Assembly: GCA_030739585.1 (NCBI GenBank) | Contig: JASLYX010000003.1 | Coordinates: forward strand, 147,633 to 211,632 | Reading direction: 5' to 3' | Source: Candidatus Bathyarchaeota archaeon | GTDB taxonomy: Archaea > Thermoproteota > Bathyarchaeia > TCS64 | Length of the DNA: 64,000 nt | Notes under the pieces: model-generated | Databases searched by the model: none | Seen by the model: the letters and a program-made list of their open reading frames with translations, nothing else | Told to the model about the DNA's origin: nothing | In this document: positions 31,226 through 40,893 of the stretch, piece after piece | Layout of the letters: every line of letters starts with the position of its first letter | Position numbering within the stretch: the stretch's first letter is position 1 | Made by a program: the position numbers and the translations under genes

Positions 31226-32032
31226 ATGCATGTAAATAGTTCAGATATCGAAGGCAAGGAAATCGCACCTGGGGTTGTTGAACGAGTTCTTGTTAGACCT
31301 GACCAATCCGTGCCCCCAGGGTTCAGCGCGAGACACTACGTGTTAACCAATGGCGGGCGTGTAGTTTTCAACGAATCTATGACTGAATTTCAACACTACA
31401 TCATCTCAGGCTGTGTTGTGGGCGCTCACGGAGATACTGCAATATTTATGCCGGCGGGAAACCACAACAAGGCTCAACAGATCCAGGGAAAGAGTATCCA
31501 TGGATTCAAACATGCTGGTGAGGGCGAGGCACGAATTATATCCTTAAGTCATAAGGTCCCGAGACCTGCCTTTAGATGGGCCAAATCTAGGAAAAGGAAC
31601 TTGTTCCAGATTCCAAGTCCCCACGCAGAAAGATGGGGGGCCACACAGATATTCACGGAAGAAGAACATGCTATCATGGGTGCCTTACGGATGCATGGCA
31701 TCGATGTACAAACACACCCAGCAGGATATCACCACCGTGAGCACAGAAACCCGGAAGGACGCCTCCATGAGGTACTTTACTTCCTGCGAGGGACTGGCGA
31801 GGCAATAGCGGATGGGGTCACATACAAAGTTCGCCCAGGATCATTCTGCTATTCCGGAATGAGAAGGGGTAAAAGAGGCGGGGTCCATGGCATCTATAAT
31901 CCTACTGACGACATCATCGAATATTTCGTTATGGAGATCACAGAACAAGACAAATCATGGACAGGTCGAGGGTTCGTTGGAGAGTCTCTAACGGGCGGAT
32001 ATATCTTCGATGCAGGTATCCCTGAAGAATAA
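31226..32032 (+). CDS. bicupin-family protein, paralogue 5 (tandem with 30452, 3-nt spacer)
   Basis: Same motifs as paralogue 4. PRPAFRWAKSRKRNLFQIPSPH linker. Confidence 0.6.
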   Translation: MHVNSSDIEGKEIAPGVVERVLVRPDQSVPPGFSARHYVLTNGGRVVFNESMTEFQHYIISGCVVGAHGDTAIFMPAGNHNKAQQIQGKSIHGFKHAGEGEARIISLSHKVPRPAFRWAKSRKRNLFQIPSPHAERWGATQIFTEEEHAIMGALRMHGIDVQTHPAGYHHREHRNPEGRLHEVLYFLRGTGEAIADGVTYKVRPGSFCYSGMRRGKRGGVHGIYNPTDDIIEYFVMEITEQDKSWTGRGFVGESLTGGYIFDAGIPEE

Positions 32033-32040
32033 ACTCCACT

Positions 32041-32070
32041 TTTTCCTTTTTTTATACTATTTTTTATTTG
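32041..32070 (+). terminator. oligo-T tract after second bicupin pair
   Basis: ttttcctttttttatactattttttatttg. Confidence 0.3.
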
Positions 32071-32105
32071 AGTTGTTTTTAAAATAGATCTCGGAACCTC
32101 TCTCA

Positions 32106-32840
32106 CTATACGTGGATAGTTGTGTCTTTCATGAATCCACGTTCCGCTAGATCTCGATATATTCTATTTTCAGTTTCTTTATTTAACCTATAAGGGGAAC
32201 TTGTTTCCCATTTTTTACGCGTTTTTGAGTGCGCAAATATTATCTCATCAGTTGGAAAGCTGTATGTGTTTTCGTGTAAGATCGCCTCAATGGGCCATCT
32301 TACTCTCTCGGCTGGGATTTCATCAGGATAACCAATACAGAGTAGAAGAAAGGGAAGTACATTCTTTGGCACATTAAGTAATTCCGATATTCTAGGTATT
32401 GCAGTCCAGATTGACCCGACAAAACATGATGCTAACCCAAGAGCCTCTGCCGCTATTGTCATATTTTCTGCAGCTAAGGATGCATCAATTAACCCCAGAA
32501 TGAATTTACTTACAGTCTCAAACTTAGCTTCGATTCCAAGTTTCTCACTCAACTTTATATGGCGTGCATAATCTGTGCAGATGACAATCCATACCGGGGC
32601 TTCCATCATGAATTGTCGGGTAGATTGGTGGCTCACGGTAGCATCCATAATATCCGTTCTTTTTTGTTGATCAGAAATCAGGATAAAACTATAAGCCTCG
32701 ACTTTACATGCGGTCGGAGCTCTTTGCCCCGCCTTAACTATTTTTTTTATATGCTCTTTTGAAACTTTTTTGGATTTAAATTTTCTAATACTCTTTCGCT
32801 CTAAAATTTTTGTGAGGAGATGCTCAGTGTGACTCTCCAT
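32106..32840 (-). CDS. nitroreductase-family flavoprotein
   Basis: N-terminal RKSIRKF motif and overall length and pattern of nitroreductase/SagB-like FMN proteins. Confidence 0.6.
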   Translation of the reverse strand: MESHTEHLLTKILERKSIRKFKSKKVSKEHIKKIVKAGQRAPTACKVEAYSFILISDQQKRTDIMDATVSHQSTRQFMMEAPVWIVICTDYARHIKLSEKLGIEAKFETVSKFILGLIDASLAAENMTIAAEALGLASCFVGSIWTAIPRISELLNVPKNVLPFLLLCIGYPDEIPAERVRWPIEAILHENTYSFPTDEIIFAHSKTRKKWETSSPYRLNKETENRIYRDLAERGFMKDTTIHV

Positions 32841-33335
32841 TTTGATCAGAAGGGTACTATTAAAAAATCCTATTTAAATTGAATAGTGGATTAACTTGGT
32901 TGATTTAGACGTTTGGTTCTTAGGCATTCCCTTTCTTGTTAATTCCGTTTCACACATTCACCAACATGTGGCATAAGAACAGCTTAGCAACTAGTTCCCG
33001 CGCGCATAATGATAAACAGTTATCAAGAAGACACAGACCTTCAAGTTGAGAGGGGTTAACCTCATCCAGGGTTACCCGTAGTTTTTTCGGGCTGGGACCT
33101 CACGGTCGTGCATCAACGAGGCTCAAGGAGTGAAACCACTATAAAAGTGGAGTCTACCTGAGGTTTTGTACGAGATGTTTGGTCACAAGTTAAATCAGTT
33201 TTTAGGGTCTGCCCCTCCTTGAACTGACCGAGTGGGGGGAGATAAGGACAGGGGATATATTACATACATGCCAACGTGTAATAATCAAGTGTAAGTTTAT
33301 GAGACTAATCTCCTTTATATAACGTCGGTGTCGAC

Positions 33336-34586
33336 TTGCCTATAAAAAATATACTAATTATAGAATATTTGTCTTCTGGTGCTTTGGTTCCAGATGAGCA
33401 GATACCAGGGAGTCTTTTAGCAGAAGGTTTCGCTATGCTTGCTTCTGTGTGCGCCGATTTTACTACATTATTAGCTCCTAAGGGTCGAAGGGCAGTTCAC
33501 ACTTTATTGGATCATCGATTGAAACCATACGGGTCTATTCTAGAGGGCCATGTCTATAAATACTTAAAACGGAAAACCCTTGAAGAGACCCTAGAAAAAA
33601 TTATAGCGAAATATGATGCGACACTCATAATTGCTCCCGATGGTCCTCCGCTTTTAAATTTACTGGAAATTGCTGAAGATGCTGGTGTAATAATAGTTGG
33701 TCCTTCTACAGCGGAAATTGAAAAGGTTAGTCCAAAAAGTCTACTTTATGAGCGATGTAATCAGCTAGATATCCTTTCTCCACCCGAATATAGAGTGCTA
33801 ACTGACACAGAAAATTTTTCTACCTTTCGTAGAGAACTGGCTTTCTTACACGAGAAATGGCATTCTCCCATAGTTATAAAGCCAGATATGGGTTGTGGCG
33901 GACAAGGGTTGTCAATAGTATTAGAAAAGAATAAAAAAAATTTAAAAATAGCTTATGAAAAAGCTAAAGTTTATGATGAAGCAATAATTCTTCAAAAAAT
34001 GGTCCGTGGATCTTCCATCAGTCTAAATCTAATTGGAACTACAGATTTGCCTAAGATTTTATCTATTAATAAGCAGTTTCTGTGCCTATCATCTCCTGAT
34101 GGAAATACAGAATATATAGGGGGATTGACTCCAATTGAATACGAAAAAGTTCCAGCGATTATAGAGGATATTAGGAAGTTAACGGCGGATACTGGCTATA
34201 GAGGTTATTTCGGAATTGATCTGGTAGTGGATAACAAGGGTTATTCTATTGTCGATCTGAATCCTAGGATTACTACTAGCTACACGGGGCTACGGGAAGT
34301 TTCATTAGTTAATCCTGCACAAATAATGAGAGATGTTGCTTTAGGAAACTCGCCTCCTACTCCTCGAATTGAAGGAAGTGTTCGATTTGGAAAAGTTCCT
34401 TTTCATTCCTCAACTTTGGAGTTAGCACTAGAAATTTTCGAAATGCCGGGATGCTTAAGCCCTCCATTTCATTTTACAGATAAACCTCATGCATTTTTTA
34501 CAGCAAAAGGTGACGATAGTGAGGAATCCAAAAAAAAATTCTCAAAATATATACAAGATACAAAAGGTCTAATTGTATCGAGCTAA
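33336..34586 (+). CDS. ATP-grasp superfamily ligase (COG2232-like), low-GC gene
   Basis: TTG start. ILIIEYLSSG pre-ATP-grasp N-terminus, PIVIKPDMGCGGQGLSIV ATP-binding segment, …GYFGIDLVVDNKGYSIVDLNPR catalytic segment. Markedly AT-richer codon usage than neighbours. Confidence 0.6.
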   Translation: MPIKNILIIEYLSSGALVPDEQIPGSLLAEGFAMLASVCADFTTLLAPKGRRAVHTLLDHRLKPYGSILEGHVYKYLKRKTLEETLEKIIAKYDATLIIAPDGPPLLNLLEIAEDAGVIIVGPSTAEIEKVSPKSLLYERCNQLDILSPPEYRVLTDTENFSTFRRELAFLHEKWHSPIVIKPDMGCGGQGLSIVLEKNKKNLKIAYEKAKVYDEAIILQKMVRGSSISLNLIGTTDLPKILSINKQFLCLSSPDGNTEYIGGLTPIEYEKVPAIIEDIRKLTADTGYRGYFGIDLVVDNKGYSIVDLNPRITTSYTGLREVSLVNPAQIMRDVALGNSPPTPRIEGSVRFGKVPFHSSTLELALEIFEMPGCLSPPFHFTDKPHAFFTAKGDDSEESKKKFSKYIQDTKGLIVSS

Positions 34587-34945
34587 ATGTTCTGAATAGA
34601 ATAAATAAATGTATTTTTCGTTCTAATCATCCCTTTTAATCGTGGTCTTAGAGTATCTTGGAGTTAATACCACTATATTTTTCATTGTATTATAGGGATA
34701 TAAAAAAAAGGAAGTCAAAAATATTCATGCATGAGTTTGAAAAGCGTTACAAACGCGTAATAACGCTTGCACGCTTAAGGTTCAGTTTTCAGGGTGCGCG
34801 CTCAGAGCGATGAGAAGGATCTCAAAGATATTACTCCGGCACGATATTATTCAAAGGGGAGAGGGTAGATCTAGAATACTCCCGAGGAGTGCATCAGTAT
34901 AGGCATAACACGCGAGGAAGGGAAGGCGACCATGTTCTTAATCCT

Positions 34946-36064
34946 CTAATCCTTAATGGGATAGGAGGTGAGCTCTCGGGTGAGCCTTGTGAGGCGCTCA
35001 CATCCCCCGGCAGTGCAGACGACGGTATCTTCGACTCGGATCCCTATCTCCCCCACAATGTAAATTCCAGGCTCAATGGTGAACGTCATCCCGGCCTCAA
35101 GTTCCAGCTCGTTTCCCTGCACAATATAAGGGCGTTCGTGCACCTGGAGACCTATACCATGGCCCAAGCGATGAATAAAGTACTCCCCACAGCCCCCGTT
35201 ATCAATCACCTTACGGGCGATCGAGTCTAGTTCTCCACATGAGACCCCTGGCCTAACCGCTTTGTAGGCGATCTGATTGGCTTCATTGACGAGAGCATAG
35301 AGCTCCGCCTCGCGCGTAGAGGGCTTCCCGTAGAAGACTGTCCGAGTTAGATCCGAGGAGTAACCATGAACATTAGTCCCTAAATCCACTAAGACGCAAT
35401 CCCCTGGCTCCAATTCTCTCTCACCGGGTCGGCCGTGGGGTAGGGCGGCTCTCTCACCAAAGAGTACCCCTACAAAACCAGCTCCACCCCCATTGGACCT
35501 GATCTCGGAGGTGAGGATGCCCGCAAGTTCCCTCTCGGTCAGCCCCGTGTGCAGGTTCCCGAAGCCTACCTCGAGGGCTTTATCAGTGATTGCGCAGGCC
35601 ATCCTCATCCAGTCTAGCTCCTGCTGGGACTTTACCATCCGAATCTGGCTCATGTAAGAGGTGGCATCAACAAAGAACAGTTTAGGGAGTCTTTCTATGA
35701 GCCTGTTAATCCATCCCCATGGGGCGTCCTCATTAATGGCCACCACGGCGTCTTCTAAATCTAGGCGCTCGAAGTTCTCGGCTAAAATCTCCACAGGGTC
35801 CTCGTGCTCCAACCAGAGGTCCACATCAGTTATCCATGATTTCTGGCCCCGGAGTTCTGCTTCCAGCTGATTAACAACCAGAACAGGGTTCCCGCTGAAG
35901 GGGATGAGGGCAGCCGCGAGCCGCTCGCTTGGCCCTATAGAAAAACCGGTATAGTAGCCTATATCTGCTCCAGGGAATAGGAGCAGTGCATCTGCGCCCC
36001 TCGTGTTCAGAATATCAAGGGCCTCGTCTGCCTTCTCTTTGTGGAAGTCAGTCATTGCGATCAA
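34946..36064 (-). CDS. M24B Xaa-Pro dipeptidase/aminopeptidase
   Basis: HRLGHGIGLQVHERPY, DTVVCT and other pita-bread metal ligands. Confidence 0.85.
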   Translation of the reverse strand: MIAMTDFHKEKADEALDILNTRGADALLLFPGADIGYYTGFSIGPSERLAAALIPFSGNPVLVVNQLEAELRGQKSWITDVDLWLEHEDPVEILAENFERLDLEDAVVAINEDAPWGWINRLIERLPKLFFVDATSYMSQIRMVKSQQELDWMRMACAITDKALEVGFGNLHTGLTERELAGILTSEIRSNGGGAGFVGVLFGERAALPHGRPGERELEPGDCVLVDLGTNVHGYSSDLTRTVFYGKPSTREAELYALVNEANQIAYKAVRPGVSCGELDSIARKVIDNGGCGEYFIHRLGHGIGLQVHERPYIVQGNELELEAGMTFTIEPGIYIVGEIGIRVEDTVVCTAGGCERLTRLTRELTSYPIKD

Positions 36065-36198
36065 GATTCAGATAGTGTGCTCGCTAATATGAGTTCGCCC
36101 CTTCGGGGAACATTGAATGTAGACTAGCCTTGGAGGTACTTTGATTCCACCGCGTATGAAAAGAAGAAAACAAAGGGGCAACGACAACGTTTCCGATT

Positions 36199-37266
36199 TT
36201 GTTAAATAAGATTTTTTTCCATCCATTAAGGATGCAAGTCCCACCAAGAAACTATCCTTCAATATCAATAATTGTACCTGTGAGAAACTCAGTTAAGACT
36301 ATTGTTGCCCTCATGGAATCTCTTATGGAGCTCGAATACTCCTCTCAAAAGATCGAAATTGTGGTAGTAGACGGTGACTCCTTCGATGGCACCCGAAAGA
36401 TCGTAGAAGAGTACCCTGTCCGAGTCGTTTGCGAGGAGGGGAGAGGCATCAACGCCGCGAGAAACACGGGCATCAAATGGAGCACTGGGCAGATTATAGC
36501 CTTCACCGATGGGGACTGCGTCGTGCCCCCGGATTGGGCGAGTTCAATCGCAAGGAACTTCCAGAGCCCCATAGTAGGTTTCGTTGGGGGTAACGTGGAG
36601 GGCTACAATAAGGGAGACCTTCTTTCCACCTATATGGACGAGACCTTTTTTAACGTAAAGCCTAGTTATAAGTTGCGCAAAGTAGCAACGCAGCTTGTAT
36701 TACGCCAGTTCCCTGCGGGATGCAATATGGCATTTAGGCGGAGTGCCCTTTTCAAGATAGGTAACTTCGACGAAAGGATCAAGTTCGGTTTCGATGACCT
36801 GGTTCCAGTCGAAGAGTTAGGGAAAGCTGGGTTCCAAATTGTCCTCGATCCAAAAGTCTACGTCTACCATCAGCATCGAACCCGTTTCTGGGAGATACTA
36901 TTTCAACACTTCAGTTATGGTCGGGGGGGTGCTAAGCTCATAAAGGTGAAACGCAGGAGCAAGCTAGCCCAATGGTTCATTACATATCTGATCTCATCGA
37001 CGTTCTCCCTGATTATCATATTGACGCTCCTTTCCGTAGGACTAATGCTGAATCAGCATATGTTAATAGATATTGCCATAGGCATATTCATATTCTTCTA
37101 CGCAGTCCTGACTTTGCTTTACCTTGAGACGGCGCAAAGGACCCGTACCCTTAGAAAAATGTTATTCTACCCGATCCTGGACATCACCCGAGGGATTTTC
37201 TTTACCTTAGGAGGAATAATACAGCTCTTAAAGGAGACAAGAGGGTCTACGAAAGCAAGCCTCTAG
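36199..37266 (+). CDS. family-2 glycosyltransferase with C-terminal membrane domain
   Basis: SIIVPVRNSV…VVDGDSFDGT…FTDGDCVVPPDW (DxD) motifs. Two to three C-terminal TM helices. Confidence 0.8.
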   Translation: MLNKIFFHPLRMQVPPRNYPSISIIVPVRNSVKTIVALMESLMELEYSSQKIEIVVVDGDSFDGTRKIVEEYPVRVVCEEGRGINAARNTGIKWSTGQIIAFTDGDCVVPPDWASSIARNFQSPIVGFVGGNVEGYNKGDLLSTYMDETFFNVKPSYKLRKVATQLVLRQFPAGCNMAFRRSALFKIGNFDERIKFGFDDLVPVEELGKAGFQIVLDPKVYVYHQHRTRFWEILFQHFSYGRGGAKLIKVKRRSKLAQWFITYLISSTFSLIIILTLLSVGLMLNQHMLIDIAIGIFIFFYAVLTLLYLETAQRTRTLRKMLFYPILDITRGIFFTLGGIIQLLKETRGSTKASL

Positions 37267-37872
37267 AGTGGGAAAATCTCCTATATGTCACCCTGAACAG
37301 CGATTCACTTAACTGACTAATAGAGGGATCAACGGGAGGTCCCTGGAGTACGATCTCATACCCCAGGGATTTTTCTCCCTCATTGATGATCACCCGCTCT
37401 ACCTTGATTCTCAACTTCAAGAGTCCCTGTCTAGGATCTGGAGGTCGGCGACCTTATCTATATTGAAGCGCCCAAACTAGTGGTCGATCACAAGAATCTT
37501 TGCGGGAAAAATGGTCCTTAGGATACATCATTAAGAAGCCTGCTTGTGTGAAAAGGGGGGGGACTTTTAGTCCTCTTTTAGTTTATCTTAGGGGAACCCT
37601 CTTTGAGCACGTTTCTCCATCATCGCACTCACTCATCTTTCATCTTATAGGTGAACCATTTCACGATGCGGCTTATGTGGAAGAGTTAAGGGATCCCCTT
37701 CGACGTCGGCATAGTCACGATGGAAATCACCGCATCTCACCTAATCCTCAGGCCCATCGATAGAGATCATTTCAAGGTCTTTGATCTAGCCGTTCCTCAG
37801 CTAGTTGATTCGCCTCAGGGCTAACCTTAGGAACTCCGGCTTCATCACCTAGGCGAAACGCTATTCTAAAGT

Positions 37873-38667
37873 TTGCGGCGGTACTGTTGCTTATGTGATT
37901 CTTTGCCAGCTCAAAGGGATATCCTTATCGCACTGCTCGAGAGGACAAGAGAGGGGCCCACCGACTTTGAGGGGCTCCGGAAGATGGTAAGGGTAACCGA
38001 TGAGGCTTTCACCGTATTCCTCGAACACCTCACCAAACAAGGATTAATCAGAGCCGGCAAAGAAACCCTCGACGCTACCTTGGAACAGAGGCTTGAGATC
38101 GCGATCAGGGCCGTGATGGTTGGTGCCGATATGGAAAGGGTGAGCAAGGCACTCGGGTGGCTCGAGTTCGAGGAGATGACAGCCTACATCTTCGAGGAGA
38201 ATAGATACAATGTGAGGCGGCGGTTCCGCTTCAAAGCAGAAGGAAGGCGCTGGGAGATCGACGTCCTGGCGACTCGGAAGCCACTAGTTCTCTGCGTCGA
38301 GTGCAAACACTGGACCAACGGGCTCGGGAGCATAACTGCGCGGAAGATTGTGGAGACCCACCTAGAAAAGGTCAGAGTTCTCAGCGAGAACCCTGCCATC
38401 CTTGTAGATAATGGGATACTGAAAGACTGGAAACGAGCAATCTTCGTTCCCATGACGCTCTCCTTGCAACCTGCCCGGAACAAGATCTACAGGAGGATCC
38501 CAGTAGTCTCCATTTTTGAGCTCCCTGGTTTCATCAACGAGTTTCAAGGTCAAATGGAGTGGCTCGCCAGCTTCACAGTTGAACTACCAGAAGTAAAACA
38601 GAGACCCAAGCAAACAGTGCTGAAGAAAAAGAGGAAAAAGAAAATGGCGAAGAAAAGAACTACCTGA
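37873..38667 (+). CDS. winged-helix + PD-(D/E)xK nuclease-fold protein with Lys-rich tail
   Basis: N-terminal wHTH (ILIALLERTREG…). Core …E…RWEIDVLA…LVLCVECKHW gives the D/E-x-K triad arrangement of Hjc/Mrr-like nucleases. C-terminal KKKRKKKMAKKR. Confidence 0.45.
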   Translation: MRRYCCLCDSLPAQRDILIALLERTREGPTDFEGLRKMVRVTDEAFTVFLEHLTKQGLIRAGKETLDATLEQRLEIAIRAVMVGADMERVSKALGWLEFEEMTAYIFEENRYNVRRRFRFKAEGRRWEIDVLATRKPLVLCVECKHWTNGLGSITARKIVETHLEKVRVLSENPAILVDNGILKDWKRAIFVPMTLSLQPARNKIYRRIPVVSIFELPGFINEFQGQMEWLASFTVELPEVKQRPKQTVLKKKRKKKMAKKRTT

Positions 38668-40492
38668 GTTCAACGTACTTGGCGAGTTGAACAGCCTCTG
38701 AGTGCAGCCTGAGTTTTTTCATGGTCGCTGTTGTGGGGATTCCCCTTTTGTCCCATCCCCGCTTGTCATAGTAGACCTGAAGGAGATCATCAAACTTTTT
38801 CCTATCAAGGCTGCTCCCCGCCAGGGAGCCTTGGGTTGTTGGCTCATCGAACCATCGCTTTGGTGGATAATCCATTTTTCTGCCCCAAACACCTCCATAT
38901 TCCCTAACCCAGAAGGCCCGGATCAAGGCATATATCCTATCTCCCAACTCCCAGAACTTATTGAGGGTCGTCTCAACCCCTGTCGCGGCCTTGAAGTACT
39001 CAGTATAGTGGTCTAGCTCAAAACCAAGCTCGATCCAAGGGAATCGACAAGTGACGAGGCTCTCAAACATCCCGCCCCGGATCCTCTGTAACTCGATGAC
39101 CTTTTCGGCTTTCTCAGCGTTATACTCGGTCCTGGTACCTGATGAAATCTCCCAGCTTATTATCCATGCGTCCTTATGATGTGCCCCAATGGGCGAGGTC
39201 CCAAAGCTCAGCGCCATCCCCGGGCAGAGGTGACAGTTGTATGCGCTACACTCTAGCCCCTTCACCTCGATCGTAAAGTCAGAGGCCCCTCCCCCTATAT
39301 TTTCAGCAGCAGCCAAAGTACCCAGTCCTAAGGTGGCCCCGAGACCTCTCATATATGCTAGATCCTCCAAAAGCTTCTTGGCCCCCTCAAAGTCCCCCCA
39401 TCCGATCTTTTCGCTTATGAGACCCTTTTCGGAGGCCTCCATCGCGAAGGCTATACATGCCCCGGCGCCGATGGTGTCAAGTCCAAGCTCGTCACACATC
39501 CTGTTCAGAGTCGCAATCTGCTTAAGATCCCCTAATCCAATGTTTGAGCCCAACATCGCAACATTCTCGTAGTCGAGCTCGCTCTCTGCACCGTCCACGT
39601 TGAGAACCACATTGCCACAGGTCATATTGCAGTTAGGGCATCCCTTCTGCCTAACTGTTGTATTCTCCATGGAGTATCCGTTAATGGCGTCAGCCTCCTC
39701 GAAGATCCCTTCTCGGAAGTTGCGAGTGGGTAGAGTCTCAGCCTCCTGACACCACTCCAGTATAGCCATAGTACCTTGACGTTTCCACCACTTGAAACTC
39801 TGCTTCTCCAGGATGAGATTATAGCCTACCTTCCCAAGCCTATTCAGTTCATCAATATCGTGGGCTGGGAGGGCCTTTGTGCCTAGTAAGACCACGGCCT
39901 TCAAATTCTTGGAGCCCATCACAGCCCCCATCCCAGGACGTCCCCCTGCCCGCCCTTCCTGGGAGACCACCGTACTGACCCTGCACAGATTCTCCCCTGA
40001 AGGCCCGATGAGTAAAACCCCCGAAGCCCGACCATGTCTCTCTTTTAGCATTGCCTCGGCTGTGAATGAGTCCTGGCCCCAGAGGTCGGAGGCATCCTTT
40101 ATGGAATACTCATCGTTCTCGATGTGGAGGTAGACTGGTTTCTCGGATCTACCGGAGACCACGACAGCGTCTATCCCCGCCTTCCTGAGGTTTACCGAGG
40201 CCCAGGAGCCTAGGTTGCCGTCCCCGTAGCCCCCAGTTAGGGGACTTTTTGAAGCTACTACCATCTTGCCACTGTTGGGGATGACGTGGCCGGTAAGGGG
40301 ACCCGTCGCGAAGATGAGTATGTTCTTTGGGCCTAAAGGGTCCACACCAGGCTCGAGTTCGTCCCAGAGTAGTTTAATGGCAAAGCCCCGACCTCCTATA
40401 AAGCGCCTCGCGAAGTCCTCGGAGTACTCCTCAGCAAAAGCTGTGCCCTTTGTAAGATTAACCCGGAGGAGTTTCCCATTCCATCCCTTCAT
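38660..40492 (-). CDS. aldehyde:ferredoxin oxidoreductase family (tungstopterin enzyme)
   Basis: N-terminal MKGWNGKLLRVNLTKG… AOR signature and conserved Cys for the 4Fe-4S cluster. Confidence 0.9.
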   Translation of the reverse strand: MKGWNGKLLRVNLTKGTAFAEEYSEDFARRFIGGRGFAIKLLWDELEPGVDPLGPKNILIFATGPLTGHVIPNSGKMVVASKSPLTGGYGDGNLGSWASVNLRKAGIDAVVVSGRSEKPVYLHIENDEYSIKDASDLWGQDSFTAEAMLKERHGRASGVLLIGPSGENLCRVSTVVSQEGRAGGRPGMGAVMGSKNLKAVVLLGTKALPAHDIDELNRLGKVGYNLILEKQSFKWWKRQGTMAILEWCQEAETLPTRNFREGIFEEADAINGYSMENTTVRQKGCPNCNMTCGNVVLNVDGAESELDYENVAMLGSNIGLGDLKQIATLNRMCDELGLDTIGAGACIAFAMEASEKGLISEKIGWGDFEGAKKLLEDLAYMRGLGATLGLGTLAAAENIGGGASDFTIEVKGLECSAYNCHLCPGMALSFGTSPIGAHHKDAWIISWEISSGTRTEYNAEKAEKVIELQRIRGGMFESLVTCRFPWIELGFELDHYTEYFKAATGVETTLNKFWELGDRIYALIRAFWVREYGGVWGRKMDYPPKRWFDEPTTQGSLAGSSLDRKKFDDLLQVYYDKRGWDKRGIPTTATMKKLRLHSEAVQLAKYVELR

Positions 40493-40565
40493 GTAATGAT
40501 CACTAACAATGAAAAGGTGAGACTCCGAATAAGCTTTTCACCTGACAAAAAAAGCATCTGGCAGT

Positions 40566-40847
40566 TCATCCGCCTGCTGCGGGGGGCAAATAGACCACCT
40601 CATCCCCTTCGCTGAGAGGAGTATTAAGGCCCCCAAGGAGGTCAATGTTCCTCCCGTTAACAAGGATTGCTAGGTCCCCGCCGACGATCCTGTAATTACC
40701 GAGGTATCCCCTGCGTTTCTGGCCTGCTTTCCTGGCGACCTTAGAGGTTAAAGTCCCCACGGTAGCACCGCTTTTAAGCTCTACGCTATATCTCCGTCCA
40801 ATGACGGGTACAAGGTCGGCGAAGACCCTGACCGTGACCTTCATCAA
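40566..40847 (-). CDS. MoaD/ThiS-family sulfur carrier (C-terminal GG)
   Basis: 93 aa ending …PPAAGG. Beta-grasp-sized and placed between two AOR genes. Confidence 0.75.
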   Translation of the reverse strand: MMKVTVRVFADLVPVIGRRYSVELKSGATVGTLTSKVARKAGQKRRGYLGNYRIVGGDLAILVNGRNIDLLGGLNTPLSEGDEVVYLPPAAGG

Positions 40848-40893
40848 ACTAGCTTGTGGATACTAGAAAATAAAGGGAATGTAAAGAAAGACG

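Noticed and set aside
33040-33250. Candidate structured ncRNA (RNase P or SRP RNA) in the nitroreductase/ATP-grasp spacer
   Set aside because: I could not find the RNase P CR-I/CR-V blocks or the SRP GGAAGCAGC-type helix-8 motif. Kept only as an unexplained spacer in the findings.
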